Shown here one piece after another: positions 54,758-64,000 of a stretch of 64,000 nt of DNA. How positions within the stretch are numbered: the stretch's first letter is position 1; each line of letters opens with the position of its first letter. The notes below the pieces were generated by a model. The model did not search any database, was not told the DNA's origin, and worked only from the letters and a program-made list of their open reading frames with translations. This DNA comes from an uncultured Gemmatimonadota bacterium (GTDB lineage: Bacteria; SM23-81; DAOVCL01). Made by a program: the position numbers and the translations under genes. The stretch lies in contig CAZVGK010000007.1 of the NCBI GenBank assembly GCA_964626665.1, forward strand, positions 1 through 64,000. Direction: 5' to 3'.

Positions 54758-56653
54758 ATGAGTAAGGATTATCGCTCCTGGGCCCAGATTGACCTCAAAG
54801 CTCTGGCCGAGAACATAGCGCAGATCAGATCCTTAGTGGGGCCAAATGTGAGGTTGCTTCAAGTAGTCAAGGCCGACGGCTATGGTCATGGGGCCTTGCA
54901 GGTGGCCAAGGTGGCCCTCTCCAATGGTGCCTATGGGTTAGGGGTGGCAAACGCCGAGGAGGGGATAACCTTAAGGCTGGGGGGTATAGAGGCTCCCATA
55001 CTCATCCTCAGCCCTTCCCTACCTGCTGAGGTCACTGAGATAGTAGAATATGGTCTCTCCCCTACCCTCTCCGACGACACCATTCTTTTTCTCCTCTCCC
55101 AAGAGGCCCTGAAGGCGGGTAGGGAGGTTATCGTCCATATTGAGGTGGATACCGGCATGGGCAGATCGGGCATCAGGCCTGAGGAGACAGGGGGATTGGC
55201 CAGGGAAATCCTCTCCCAGAATGGTCTAAAGCTGGGAGGCATCTTCTCCCATTTTGCCTCTGCTGACTTAGTGGATAGGGACTTCTGCTGGCTTCAGTTA
55301 GAAAGGTTTAGGGCGGTAATCGCCGAACTAAAGAGGGAGGGGATAAATTTTCCCTTAAAACATATAGCTAATAGTGCGGCCACCCTGGAGTTCCCCGATG
55401 CTTACTTCGATCTGGTCAGGCCTGGGCTTCTCAGTTATGGCCTCTACCCATCTGAGAGGGTTAAAAAGAGAATAAAAGTTAAACCAGTCCTCAGCTTCAA
55501 GACCAAAGTAGCCCAGATAAAGGAGATCATTCCCGGTGAGTCGGTTAGCTATGGAAGAACCTGGAAGGCCCAAGCCCCCACTATGGTCGCCGTTATCCCC
55601 GTAGGATATGGGGATGGATACGATTTCCTCCTCTCCAATAATGGGGAGGTTCTGGTCAAAGGGAAAAGAGCTCCCATAGTGGGAAGGGTGACCATGGATC
55701 TGACTATGGTGGATATAACTGGTATCCCTGGGGTTAAGATCGGGGACGAGGTGACCATCATCGGGAGGGATGGAGGAGAGGAGATAACTGCGGGGGAGGT
55801 GGCCGAGAGGGTGGGCACCCCGAGCTATGAGGTCCTCTGTCTTATTGGTAAGAGAGCGCCGCGGGTCTATACCCAGGGGGAGAGGGTTGGGGGGGTAAGG
55901 CGGGCTTTAAGGAGGAAGGATGTCTTAGACCAGCTTATCCCCCCTGGGGAGATGGAGGAGATGATCAAGGATTTCCTCCAACTGAGGTTGAATGAGGAGG
56001 TGGGGGAAGCCTTATACCATAGCCTCCTCAAGGCCATCTTTGGCCAGAAGGGGAGAGAGCTCCAGTATCGTCGGGACCTCAGGCATATAATCCGGTTTGC
56101 CGAGGAGGGGGAGGGATACAAGGTCAAAGCGAAGATCGAATATTATAAGATCCTCCGCTCTGACTCCTTCTATGTGGCCTGCGCCAGGGATGAGGCCAGT
56201 CTGTCCCGCTACTTTCAGGATCCCCGCTGTGAGTACAGATGGCTTTTGGAGAGCGGCAAGATAGGGGCCGCTGATTTCCAGGTCAAGGAGGTCAGGGTCG
56301 ATGGCCGGAAGCTTGCCCCGCGCGAGGCCAAGCTAACGGAGAGGGGCTACGAGATCTACTTCCAGGAACCCAACCTCGGCCCTAAGCTCAACCAACCGGT
56401 AAAGATGGAGATTGAGACCCAAACCTGGCAGGCCAAGGAGAACAGGGAACTTCCCATATATATCGTCTATCCCACCAAGGGAATGAAGGTAACCTTTGAC
56501 TATACGGAAACCGGCATTGCCGCCGTTAAAGCCATCAGCTTTTTGGCCGGCAAGGACAGATACCCGCAGAGAAGTACTTCTCAGGGGAAGTCAATTACCC
56601 TTTCCTTGGAGGGTTGGGTCTTCCCCAACAGCGGAATAACCTTTGTCTGGTAA
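54758..56653 (+). CDS. alr: Alanine racemase with ~260-aa C-terminal extension
   Basis: VVKADGYGHG, DTGMGRSG, SHFASAD, ANSAA, VRPGL, VSYG, GYGDG, GRVTMD, YEVLC. Confidence 0.9.
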   Translation: MSKDYRSWAQIDLKALAENIAQIRSLVGPNVRLLQVVKADGYGHGALQVAKVALSNGAYGLGVANAEEGITLRLGGIEAPILILSPSLPAEVTEIVEYGLSPTLSDDTILFLLSQEALKAGREVIVHIEVDTGMGRSGIRPEETGGLAREILSQNGLKLGGIFSHFASADLVDRDFCWLQLERFRAVIAELKREGINFPLKHIANSAATLEFPDAYFDLVRPGLLSYGLYPSERVKKRIKVKPVLSFKTKVAQIKEIIPGESVSYGRTWKAQAPTMVAVIPVGYGDGYDFLLSNNGEVLVKGKRAPIVGRVTMDLTMVDITGIPGVKIGDEVTIIGRDGGEEITAGEVAERVGTPSYEVLCLIGKRAPRVYTQGERVGGVRRALRRKDVLDQLIPPGEMEEMIKDFLQLRLNEEVGEALYHSLLKAIFGQKGRELQYRRDLRHIIRFAEEGEGYKVKAKIEYYKILRSDSFYVACARDEASLSRYFQDPRCEYRWLLESGKIGAADFQVKEVRVDGRKLAPREAKLTERGYEIYFQEPNLGPKLNQPVKMEIETQTWQAKENRELPIYIVYPTKGMKVTFDYTETGIAAVKAISFLAGKDRYPQRSTSQGKSITLSLEGWVFPNSGITFVW

Positions 56654-56660
56654 GGGAAAG

Positions 56661-58079
56661 ATGAAAGCCTATGTAAATGGAAGATGGATAGAGGGAGGGG
56701 GAAGCTTCCCGGTCCACAATCCCTATAACAACCAACAGATAGGATCTGCCCCTCTGCTCTCCCCTCAAGATGTGAGGGAAGCGGTACACGGAGCTAAAGA
56801 GGGCTTGGCCCAGATGGATTCCCTCTCCGCGTACCAACGTTACCAGATACTCCAGAGGGCGGCCTTAGGGTTAGAGGAGGCCACAGAGAAGTTCGCCCAC
56901 CTCCTCTCCCTGGAGGTGGGTAAAACTATCAGGGAGGCCAGAGGGGAGGTCTCCCGGGCAATCTAGACACTTACCCTCTCTGCAGAGGAGGCCAAGAGGA
57001 TTGGGGGGGAGGTGGTTCCCTTCGGCTCTGCCCCCGGTTCCGGGGAGAGGATTGGCTTCTACCTCAGGGTTCCCATTGGGGTTGTTGCGGCCATTACCCC
57101 TTTCAACTTTCCCCTTAACCTGGCTTTACACAAGGTGGCCCCGGCTTTGGCTGCCGGCAATAGCGTCATCCTCAAGCCCGCCTCGGCCACACCCCTCACC
57201 AGTGAGCTCCTCTGCCAGCTTCTCTTAGATGCTGGCCTCCCTTCCAGGGCGATTAGCCTGGTCACCGGAAAGAGGGAGGAGGTGGGGGAAGCCTTGGTCA
57301 GGGATGAAGGGGTAAGGATGATTACCTTCACCGGATCTCTGGAGGTAGGGAAGAGGATAATGGGGGGATTGGGCTTGAAGAAGGCCACTATGGAGTTGGG
57401 TTCCAACTCTGCGGTAATCGTGGAACGGGATGCCCTCCTCTCAGAGGCCCTCCCCCGGATAAGGGATGGGGCCTTTGCCCTTGCCGGACAGGTCTGCATC
57501 TCGGTGCAGCGGGTCTATGTGCAGGAGGGGATATACGATGAATTCTTAAGTGGCTTTATCCCCTTAGCCCAAGAGCTAAAATCGGGAGATCCCTTAGATG
57601 AGACAACCGATATGGGGCCGATGATCTCTCCCCAGGCCGCGCAGCGGGCCAGGGAATGGGTGGAGGAGGCCATGGAAAGGGGAGGGAAGCTCCTTTGCGG
57701 TGGGGAGATAGAGGGGAGTTTTATGCAGCCCACCGTGCTGGCCCAAGTCTCCCGGGACTGTCGGGTTTGCTCCCAGGAGGCTTTTGCCCCTCTGGTGGTG
57801 GTCAATCCCTATACCGAGCTTGATGAGGCCATTGAAGAGGTAAACAATTCCATATATGGCCTGCAGGCAGGGATATATACACAGGATCTCGATCGGGCCC
57901 TCAAAGCAGCACGCAAAATAGAGGTGGGAGGGGTAATCATAAATGACATCCCCACTTTCCGGGTTGATCTTATGCCCTATGGTGGGGTAAAAGGAAGCGG
58001 CTTAGGCCGGGAGGGACCTAAATATGCAAGGGAAGAATTCACCCAGCCAAAACTTGTCTCCATCAAGCTCCATAAGTAG
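56661..58079 (+). pseudogene. Aldehyde dehydrogenase family gene with one in-frame TAG (56964-56966)
   Basis: Continuous frame RAI*TLTLSAEEAKR; ITPFNFP, KPA, FTGS, MELGSN, GQVCIS, EAFAP, PYGG.K.SG.GREG. Confidence 0.85.
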
Positions 58080-59238
58080 GGTTCTGGTCATCGTCTTAGA
58101 TGGAGTGGGGGTGGGAGAGCTACCCGATGCAGGGGAGTACGGGGATAAGGGCTCAAATACCTTAGGCAACCTGGCCCGAGCCGTGGGTGGGCTGAATCTG
58201 CCCAACCTGGAGCTTATGGGCCTGGGGAACATCATCCAGATAGAGGGGGTGGCACCTCAACAATCCCCCCAGGCGAACTTCGGTAAACTCCGGGAGAGAG
58301 CCCCGGGGAAGGATTCCACCTCCGGCCACTGGGAGCTGATGGGATTAACCCTAAAGAGGCCTCTTCCCACTTATCCCCATGGCTTTCCCCCTGAGCTAAT
58401 TGCTAAGTTTGAGTCGAGGATTGGAAGGAAAATCTTAGGAAACTATCCCGCCTCCGGAACCCAGATCATCCAAGAGTTAGGGGAGGAACACCAGCGGAAG
58501 GGATGGCCCATCGTCTATACATCTGCGGATAGCGTCTTCCAGGTTGCCGCCCATGAGGAGATCATCCCCCCGGAGGAGCTATACCAAATCTGCTTACAGG
58601 CCAGGGAGATCCTCACCGGCGAAAATGAAGTGGGGAGGGTGATCGCCCGTCCCTTTTTGGGCCAACCCGGCTCCTACTTTAGGACGGAGCGGAGGAGGGA
58701 TTTTTCCCTACCCCCCCCGGGGGATACAGTCCTCAACCTATTGAAGAGAAATGGCTATCCGGTGGTAGGAATAGGCAAGATCCCCGACCTCTTTGCCGGG
58801 AAGGGGTTTACCAAGACCGTAAAGGCCAAGAGAAACCAAGAGAATATGGCCAGGGTCCTGGAGACCTGCCGCCGGGTAGAAAGGGGCTTTATATTCACCA
58901 ACCTGGTGGACTTCGATATGCTCTGGGGACATAGAAACAACCCTCAGGGATTTGCCCAGGGATTGGAGGAATTTGATAACTGGCTGCCCCATCTCTTAGA
59001 GATTCTCACACCCTCCGATCTTCTCCTCATCACCGCAGACCACGGCTGCGATCCTACCACCCCCAGCACCGACCACTCCCGGGAATATGTGCTCGTCTTA
59101 ACTTGGGGTAAGGGGATAAGATCTGGGGTGGACTTAGGAACAAGGGATACCTTTGCCGACCTGGGAGCGACCATATCCCAGGCCCTGGGGATCAGGGGAA
59201 CAGGGGAGGGAAGGAACTTCCTGGGGGAGATAGTTTGA
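58024..59238 (+). CDS. deoB: Phosphopentomutase
   Basis: IVLDGVGVG, GKDSTSGHWE, YTSADSVFQ, RVIARPF, NLVDFD..WGHR, ADHGCDP, DHSRE; true start probably slightly downstream. Confidence 0.95.
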   Translation: MQGKNSPSQNLSPSSSISRVLVIVLDGVGVGELPDAGEYGDKGSNTLGNLARAVGGLNLPNLELMGLGNIIQIEGVAPQQSPQANFGKLRERAPGKDSTSGHWELMGLTLKRPLPTYPHGFPPELIAKFESRIGRKILGNYPASGTQIIQELGEEHQRKGWPIVYTSADSVFQVAAHEEIIPPEELYQICLQAREILTGENEVGRVIARPFLGQPGSYFRTERRRDFSLPPPGDTVLNLLKRNGYPVVGIGKIPDLFAGKGFTKTVKAKRNQENMARVLETCRRVERGFIFTNLVDFDMLWGHRNNPQGFAQGLEEFDNWLPHLLEILTPSDLLLITADHGCDPTTPSTDHSREYVLVLTWGKGIRSGVDLGTRDTFADLGATISQALGIRGTGEGRNFLGEIV

Positions 59239-59239
59239 C

Positions 59240-59500
59240 AAGAATTACCATTTTGGACAGGATGAACAGGATAAATGAAAATCGTCCACCCACGCTCTCC
59301 TTGTATGGGTTACATCTAAGCGAGTTAGGATGTAGGAGGCATCTCCTGATGCCGATCAAAAGTGTGCTGTCAGGAGTTGCCTCTTCTGCCTGGAATCCCG
59401 TCGGAACGGGGCTGACAGCTCTTGCAATAGACGGGATGGAGGGGATGAATAAAGATCCTGTAAATCCTGTTATCCCGTCAGAAAAGTCCCGCCGCAGAGC
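59240..59500. repeat. Palindromic repeat cluster
   Basis: Contains the inverted copy of 10858-10993 and ggaggcatctcctgatgcc. Confidence 0.75.
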
Positions 59501-59509
59501 GTTAAGTTT

Positions 59510-59902
59510 ATGTCTCGAAAATTTGAAGAGCTAATAGAAAGGGCAAGCCAGGCCCAGAGCAAAGCCTATGCTCCCTACTCCGGGTTCAAGGTAGGAGCGG
59601 CTATCCTCACCGAGGATGGCGAGATCTACAGTGGCTGCAATGTAGAGAACTCCTCCTATGGGCTAACCATCTGTGCGGAGAGAGTGGCCCTCTTCAAGGC
59701 AGTCTCCGCGGGTAAACAGAAGTTTAAGCAATTGGCTATCTTCTCCGATAGGCTGGCCTACCCCTGTGGGGCTTGCCTCCAGGCCTTGGCCGAGTTCTCC
59801 CCGGGGATGGAGGTCTGCTTAGCCAGCAGCCAGGGGGAGCTAAAGAGGTTCAATCTTAAGGATCTTCTTCCCCAACCGTTTAGAATGAACAATAACCAAT
59901 GA
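59510..59902 (+). CDS. cdd: Cytidine deaminase
   Basis: AYAPYS.FKVGAA, GCNVEN.SYG.TICAER, PCGAC.Q, LLPQPF. Confidence 0.95.
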   Translation: MSRKFEELIERASQAQSKAYAPYSGFKVGAAILTEDGEIYSGCNVENSSYGLTICAERVALFKAVSAGKQKFKQLAIFSDRLAYPCGACLQALAEFSPGMEVCLASSQGELKRFNLKDLLPQPFRMNNNQ

Positions 59903-60325
59903 TCAATTAGCAATGCAAATGACACCCCTCCCCCCTTCCGTGAAAGAATAGTCTCCTTAATTTGTGTTGATGATAGCGGGGGCTACAACTAAGCAATCAA
60001 GGGGCTTTGGCTAGCATGTTGATCCTAAAAATGTGCTGTCAGGAGGCAACTCTTGACAGCACTTAAGGGAAACCTCTTCCACAAAATCCCCGAGCGGTCA
60101 GATCTCACATCTAAGCCATCAGAATCCCGATTCTGGCAGTGAAGATGGTAGAAAGAAACAGGGAACCGCAGATTTACGCGGATATGCGCTGGTAGGGCTC
60201 TGCCCTACCAGGCAAGGATTCCACCGCACTTTATTGCGGGTCCTTCTATGGAGCTAAAGCCCCATAACCCCAGCTAAAGCTGGGTAGAATGGAGAAAATA
60301 GGAAGTGTCCCTATTTTCTATTTAG

Positions 60326-60480
60326 TGTCTGTCCGGGAATCCAGTTTTGAGGGAGATGTCATTGCGAGGAGTGAGGGACGAACGACGAAGCAATCCCTTT
60401 ATTTCCAGGAGATTGCTTCGCTCCTTTCAGTCGCTCGCAATGACGGAAATATTTCAATTTTGGTAGTTTTCGGACAGACA
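60326..60480. mobile_element. MITE with TIRs and direct-repeat flanks, containing an inner palindrome
   Basis: tgtctgtccg/cggacagaca TIR, ctatttag on both sides; inner gtcattgcgag...ctcgcaatgac (60358-60444). Confidence 0.75.
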
Positions 60481-60487
60481 CTATTTA

Positions 60488-60592
60488 GATATCCGAGCGT
60501 ATTTCCCAGACTCTGAATCTGTGAATAGGGCTTTACGTTGTTTAATTCCACTGCTGCCCAAAAAACATAGAGCAAAGGATAAGAAAGCCTAA
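60488..60592 (+). pseudogene. 3' fragment of an antitoxin-like gene
   Basis: DIRAYFPDSESVNRALRCLI...* ending in the attC core. Confidence 0.55.
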
Positions 60593-60614
60593 CAAGGCGC
60601 TGCACCTGACCGCC
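60587..60614 (+). other. Left half of an integron attC site
   Basis: GCCTAAC (RYYYAAC) overlapping the stop codon, then aaggcgctgcacctgaccgcc; no matching right arm found. Confidence 0.6.
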
Positions 60615-61030
60615 AACAGCGTGGCAGTTTTCTAAAGTTTTGTGCCCTATCAAAGTTTAGTGTTTTTTTTTCAAAGTTTGTGCTCCAAATTTTCAAACCA
60701 CTATTCAGTCTGAGGCGACACGGTATGCTTTGCGAATGAAGGGGTAAACTCTCCCCAATCATATGCTTCGGATTTCGAAATTGAACCTTAGCTGGTTTCA
60801 TAAGGCAACATCTTAAAATTTGTGCCAAGTTTTAGGGTCAAAAAATAGACTCTACTGATTTGAAATCCTCCTGAGCGGTCAGATGCCCTTGGCTGACCAC
60901 AGGATGGAGAGGTGGCAGAATCGGGGTTCTGTCACCTCAAGCAAAATTTGTGTCAAGTTTTGCAGCTACCGATTTTCCCCGTCACTCAATCCTCGATTTG
61001 CTTAATATCAGGTGCCTCCCTTCGCTTTTT

Positions 61031-64000
61031 TCAATCACAGTTGGGGTTCCCTCTTTTTGTTAAGTCTACCTCTTTGGTTTCTCCCCCTCTCAGTTCAAAG
61101 ACCTCATCCCTAACCTGTACCTTCATTGGTTCTGCACCGCCGGGAAGGGCTTTAATTTTCAGATTGTCGTTACCAATGTCCAGATCAAGCCAATGCCCCC
61201 GATATCGAAGATGAAAACTCACCACCTTTATCTCATCAGGGAATGAAGGATTAAACCTCAGTATATCACCGCGTGTCTCCAATCCTGTATAGCCCCGGGC
61301 AAGCATATCCACACAGCCGGCCATGGCCCCGAGATGGATACCTTCCGGAGTGGTGCCGCCCTGAATATCGGCCATGTCTGTCTTCAGGGCCTGATTAAAG
61401 AGTTCCCACGAGCGTTCCCTGTCCCGCCGAGCAGCCACCCAGGAATGGACAATCCAGCTCAGGGACGAGCCGTTGGAGGTGCGTTTCAGGTAATAATCGA
61501 TGTTTTGGGGGATGGTTTCATATTCAAAGGGGTAGCCAAGTTGGTTGAATAGCTTTTCCAGTTCCTCCGCGCTAAGGAGATAAAAGAGCATCAGGACATC
61601 GGCCTGTTTGGAGACCTTGTAACGGTTGGGAGTGTCCCCCTCAGCCTCCAGTATACGGTCCAGACGCTGGATATTCCCATACTTCTTTTGATAACCTTCC
61701 CAGTCGAACTCCTCCAGGCGGTCATATCCCTCAAACTGGCTGATGATCCCGCCATCGTGAAAAGCAACCCGCATCTTGTGGCTCATCTCTTCCCATCTCT
61801 CTATCTCCGCTTTTTTTATGTCGAGTTTTTCGCATAGCTGCCTCCACTGCTCTTTAGGGAGAAGGTGAGGCAGCTCCAGGGCGCGGTTCATCACAAAGGC
61901 CACCATAATGTTGGTGTAGGCGTTGTTGTTCAGGCCAGGCTGATCGGCTCCGGGATAGCTGTCATGATATTCGTCTGGGCCCATGACGCCATGGATCTCG
62001 TACCGTTCAAGCTCCCGGTTATAGGTGGCTATACTGGCCCAGAAACGGGCGATCTCCAGGATCATCTCACCTCCGTAAAAGGACAAAAAATCTAAGTCGT
62101 TAGTGATCTGGCAGTACTGCCATATATTATGGACAATGGCAACATTTATGTGCCGCTGCAGATGCGAATTGTCCGGGTGCCAGCGGCCTGATTTTGGGTT
62201 GAGATGGACCAGTTGGGTCTCCTCCCTGCCGTTACTTGCACTCTGCCACGGATACATAGCCCCTTTGTAGCCAAGCTTGCGAGCGGCCCGCCGGGCCTCT
62301 TTGAGACGGCGATAGCGATACATTAGCAAGGTCCGGGTAATCTCAGGAGCCCTATAGTTAAGAACAGGGAAAATAATCATCTCATCCCAGAATATGTGTC
62401 CCCGGTAAGCCTCGCCGTGCCAGCCCCGGGAGGGCATCCCCACATCAATATCGATGGAGTGCATAGAAGAGCTTTGCAGAATGTGGAAGCTGTATAAACG
62501 GATGGTTCTCTGTATTTCATGATCAACTGCGGAGGCACTGAATTTCGCCCTGATGTCAAACCTGCGCCATTGATGTTCCCAGGTAAGGCTATGAGACCGA
62601 AGCAAACCGGCGAATCTTTCGGCGGCCACAACCACCTTCTCCGCCTCCAGGGCGCACTCAGAGACAGCAGGATCCCGGGAGGTAAACAAGGAAACCGTCT
62701 TTTCTATGGTGAGGTCGGCCCCTCTGGTAAGCTCTACTATAAAGTGTTGGGCAATATAGCCGGGCTCCCTCACTGGTTTAGGTTCAACAACCCAGGGTTC
62801 GCTATCACGGAAGATTTCAGTCCTTGCCCCCAGCGCCACTTCCAACCTAGATTGATTGGTGCGCACCTTCAAAAGCATGCTGTTCTCATTAATCCTCCTG
62901 CTTTCCACCGGCTTCAGGTGCTTGTTATTCAAGTTCTTATAACGTTCCACGCCGGAGTTGGTGATTCGACCATCCAAGGCGGAGCTAATCTCTAATTTTC
63001 CAGCCCAGTTTAACGGCGTAATAACGGTCTCCAGGCCCGCCAAATGCATGTCTCCTGCGTGGACCAGGCGGCGCTGGAGCAGCCTAGTTTCCCTGCCTTT
63101 CTGGTCCCGGAACCGCACCGTCCGGTGGAGTACCCCTCTCTTGATATCCAGATATTGATGGTAGCAAAGTATCTTCACCGCCTCCAAATCAAACCATTCC
63201 TCATCCGGGATGCGGAAATTGAGGCAAAGCCAGTTAGGCATATTGACCAGGTCCTCGTTTTCTATGGTGCGGCCAGGCATTTTTGTCTTCAGGCGGTTGT
63301 AGCCTCCGGCCAGGTAGGTTCCGGGATAGTGGACATTACCCGCGTTTGCCTCTGGCGCTGCCCCCCGGGTGGCAAAATAACCGTTTCCCAGGGTACACAG
63401 CGCCTCCCTCAGACCTTCTTCCTGGGGATCAAACCCCTCATATGTCAGGGACCAACTCCTCCCTTCTTCCAGCGCTGGGGTCAGTTTCTGCAGAAACTCC
63501 AGAACCTGATTGGGGGATTCCAGCCTGGACACAGCCTCCGTGGATCGGGAACCTTCCCCTACCACAATGGCTATGCCACGCCCGGCAAGTGCCTCAAAGG
63601 CATCCTCATCGGTGATATCATCTCCTATATAAAAGGGAAAGATCCCTGGACCAACAAGATCCAAGGTGTCCAGAAGCCAAAAGAGTGCTTCTCCCTTATC
63701 CCAGTCGATGTCGGGCCTCAGTTCATAGACCTTCTTCCCCTCTGCCTTGCGAAGCTTGGGATAAAGTCCAATCATCTGATCTACAACCTCTTCCACCGAA
63801 CCAACCTGTTTGGCCTCAACATTTCGGTAATGAACCGCAATGGAAAATCTCTTGCGCTCCACCTGGGCGCCATCGATACTCGTAAGTTGCTGTTTCAGTT
63901 TGTCTTCTACCTCATCGATCACCGGGAGGAGTTTTTTGGCTTCATTATGCTCCAACCTAAGACCTCCCGGTCCCTCTATCTCGAAACCGTGGCTGCCTGC
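61031..64000 (-). CDS. Trehalose-6-phosphate phosphatase (HAD) fused to GH65 glycoside phosphorylase; 5' end outside the window
   Basis: AGSHG, VHYR, ELRP..WDKG, YIGDD.TDEDAF; TLGNGY, HGEAYRGHIFWDE, GPDEYH, KQADVLM, SSLS, EGIHLGAM; frame open to 64000. Confidence 0.9.
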   Translation of the reverse strand, partial: AGSHGFEIEGPGGLRLEHNEAKKLLPVIDEVEDKLKQQLTSIDGAQVERKRFSIAVHYRNVEAKQVGSVEEVVDQMIGLYPKLRKAEGKKVYELRPDIDWDKGEALFWLLDTLDLVGPGIFPFYIGDDITDEDAFEALAGRGIAIVVGEGSRSTEAVSRLESPNQVLEFLQKLTPALEEGRSWSLTYEGFDPQEEGLREALCTLGNGYFATRGAAPEANAGNVHYPGTYLAGGYNRLKTKMPGRTIENEDLVNMPNWLCLNFRIPDEEWFDLEAVKILCYHQYLDIKRGVLHRTVRFRDQKGRETRLLQRRLVHAGDMHLAGLETVITPLNWAGKLEISSALDGRITNSGVERYKNLNNKHLKPVESRRINENSMLLKVRTNQSRLEVALGARTEIFRDSEPWVVEPKPVREPGYIAQHFIVELTRGADLTIEKTVSLFTSRDPAVSECALEAEKVVVAAERFAGLLRSHSLTWEHQWRRFDIRAKFSASAVDHEIQRTIRLYSFHILQSSSMHSIDIDVGMPSRGWHGEAYRGHIFWDEMIIFPVLNYRAPEITRTLLMYRYRRLKEARRAARKLGYKGAMYPWQSASNGREETQLVHLNPKSGRWHPDNSHLQRHINVAIVHNIWQYCQITNDLDFLSFYGGEMILEIARFWASIATYNRELERYEIHGVMGPDEYHDSYPGADQPGLNNNAYTNIMVAFVMNRALELPHLLPKEQWRQLCEKLDIKKAEIERWEEMSHKMRVAFHDGGIISQFEGYDRLEEFDWEGYQKKYGNIQRLDRILEAEGDTPNRYKVSKQADVLMLFYLLSAEELEKLFNQLGYPFEYETIPQNIDYYLKRTSNGSSLSWIVHSWVAARRDRERSWELFNQALKTDMADIQGGTTPEGIHLGAMAGCVDMLARGYTGLETRGDILRFNPSFPDEIKVVSFHLRYRGHWLDLDIGNDNLKIKALPGGAEPMKVQVRDEVFELRGGETKEVDLTKRGNPNCD

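Noticed and set aside
14405-56966. Genome-wide TAG reassignment suggested by two in-frame ambers
   Set aside because: Many intact genes here end at TAG (e.g. 1909, 5366, 44301); one amber lies inside a MITE; no pyl genes seen.
722-63885. Numerous antisense and alternate-frame ORFs overlapping identified genes
   Set aside because: Shadow ORFs of well-supported coding sequences with no independent evidence.
61031-64000. Trehalose phosphatase-GH65 fusion as a novelty
   Set aside because: This fusion architecture is already known, and the gene is truncated by the window edge.

Overview
Bacterial chromosomal window from a diderm organism (lipid A genes, OmpA, a protein with a C-terminal secretion-sorting domain; an FCB-group candidate lineage is a guess). 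The left half (1-31 kb) is mostly minus-strand: lnt, two CNNM/CorC proteins, a Mut7-C RNase, a two-component pair, DJ-1/PfpI, NFACT/RqcH, AmmeMemoRadiSam genes, M23 peptidase, lon/hsp20, several TA pairs, a large repeat surface protein, and a tightly coupled four-gene operon (unknown protein, two BrxD/DUF2791-like ATPases, Lhr-like helicase) with no BREX methylase or PglZ. That operon is the best candidate for an undescribed defence or DNA-repair system. The right half is mostly plus-strand: surface/outer-membrane proteins, a Gfo/Idh/MocA-lpxB-DUF374-waaA-lpxK-holA cluster, endonuclease III, two OmpA proteins sharing a near-identical C-terminus, a decayed TA cluster with integron attC remnants, mazG, alr with a long extra C-terminal domain, ALDH with an internal TAG, deoB, cdd, and a partial trehalose-phosphatase/GH65 fusion. 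Intergenic DNA is packed with nested short palindromic repeats. A covarying ~160-bp hairpin element sits without target duplication inside udk (breaking it) and lpxB (in frame), and a TIR/TSD-bounded MITE breaks a PIN toxin. No rRNA, tRNA, CRISPR array or intact transposase/integrase was recognised. All family assignments are from motif recognition by eye; no database search was run.
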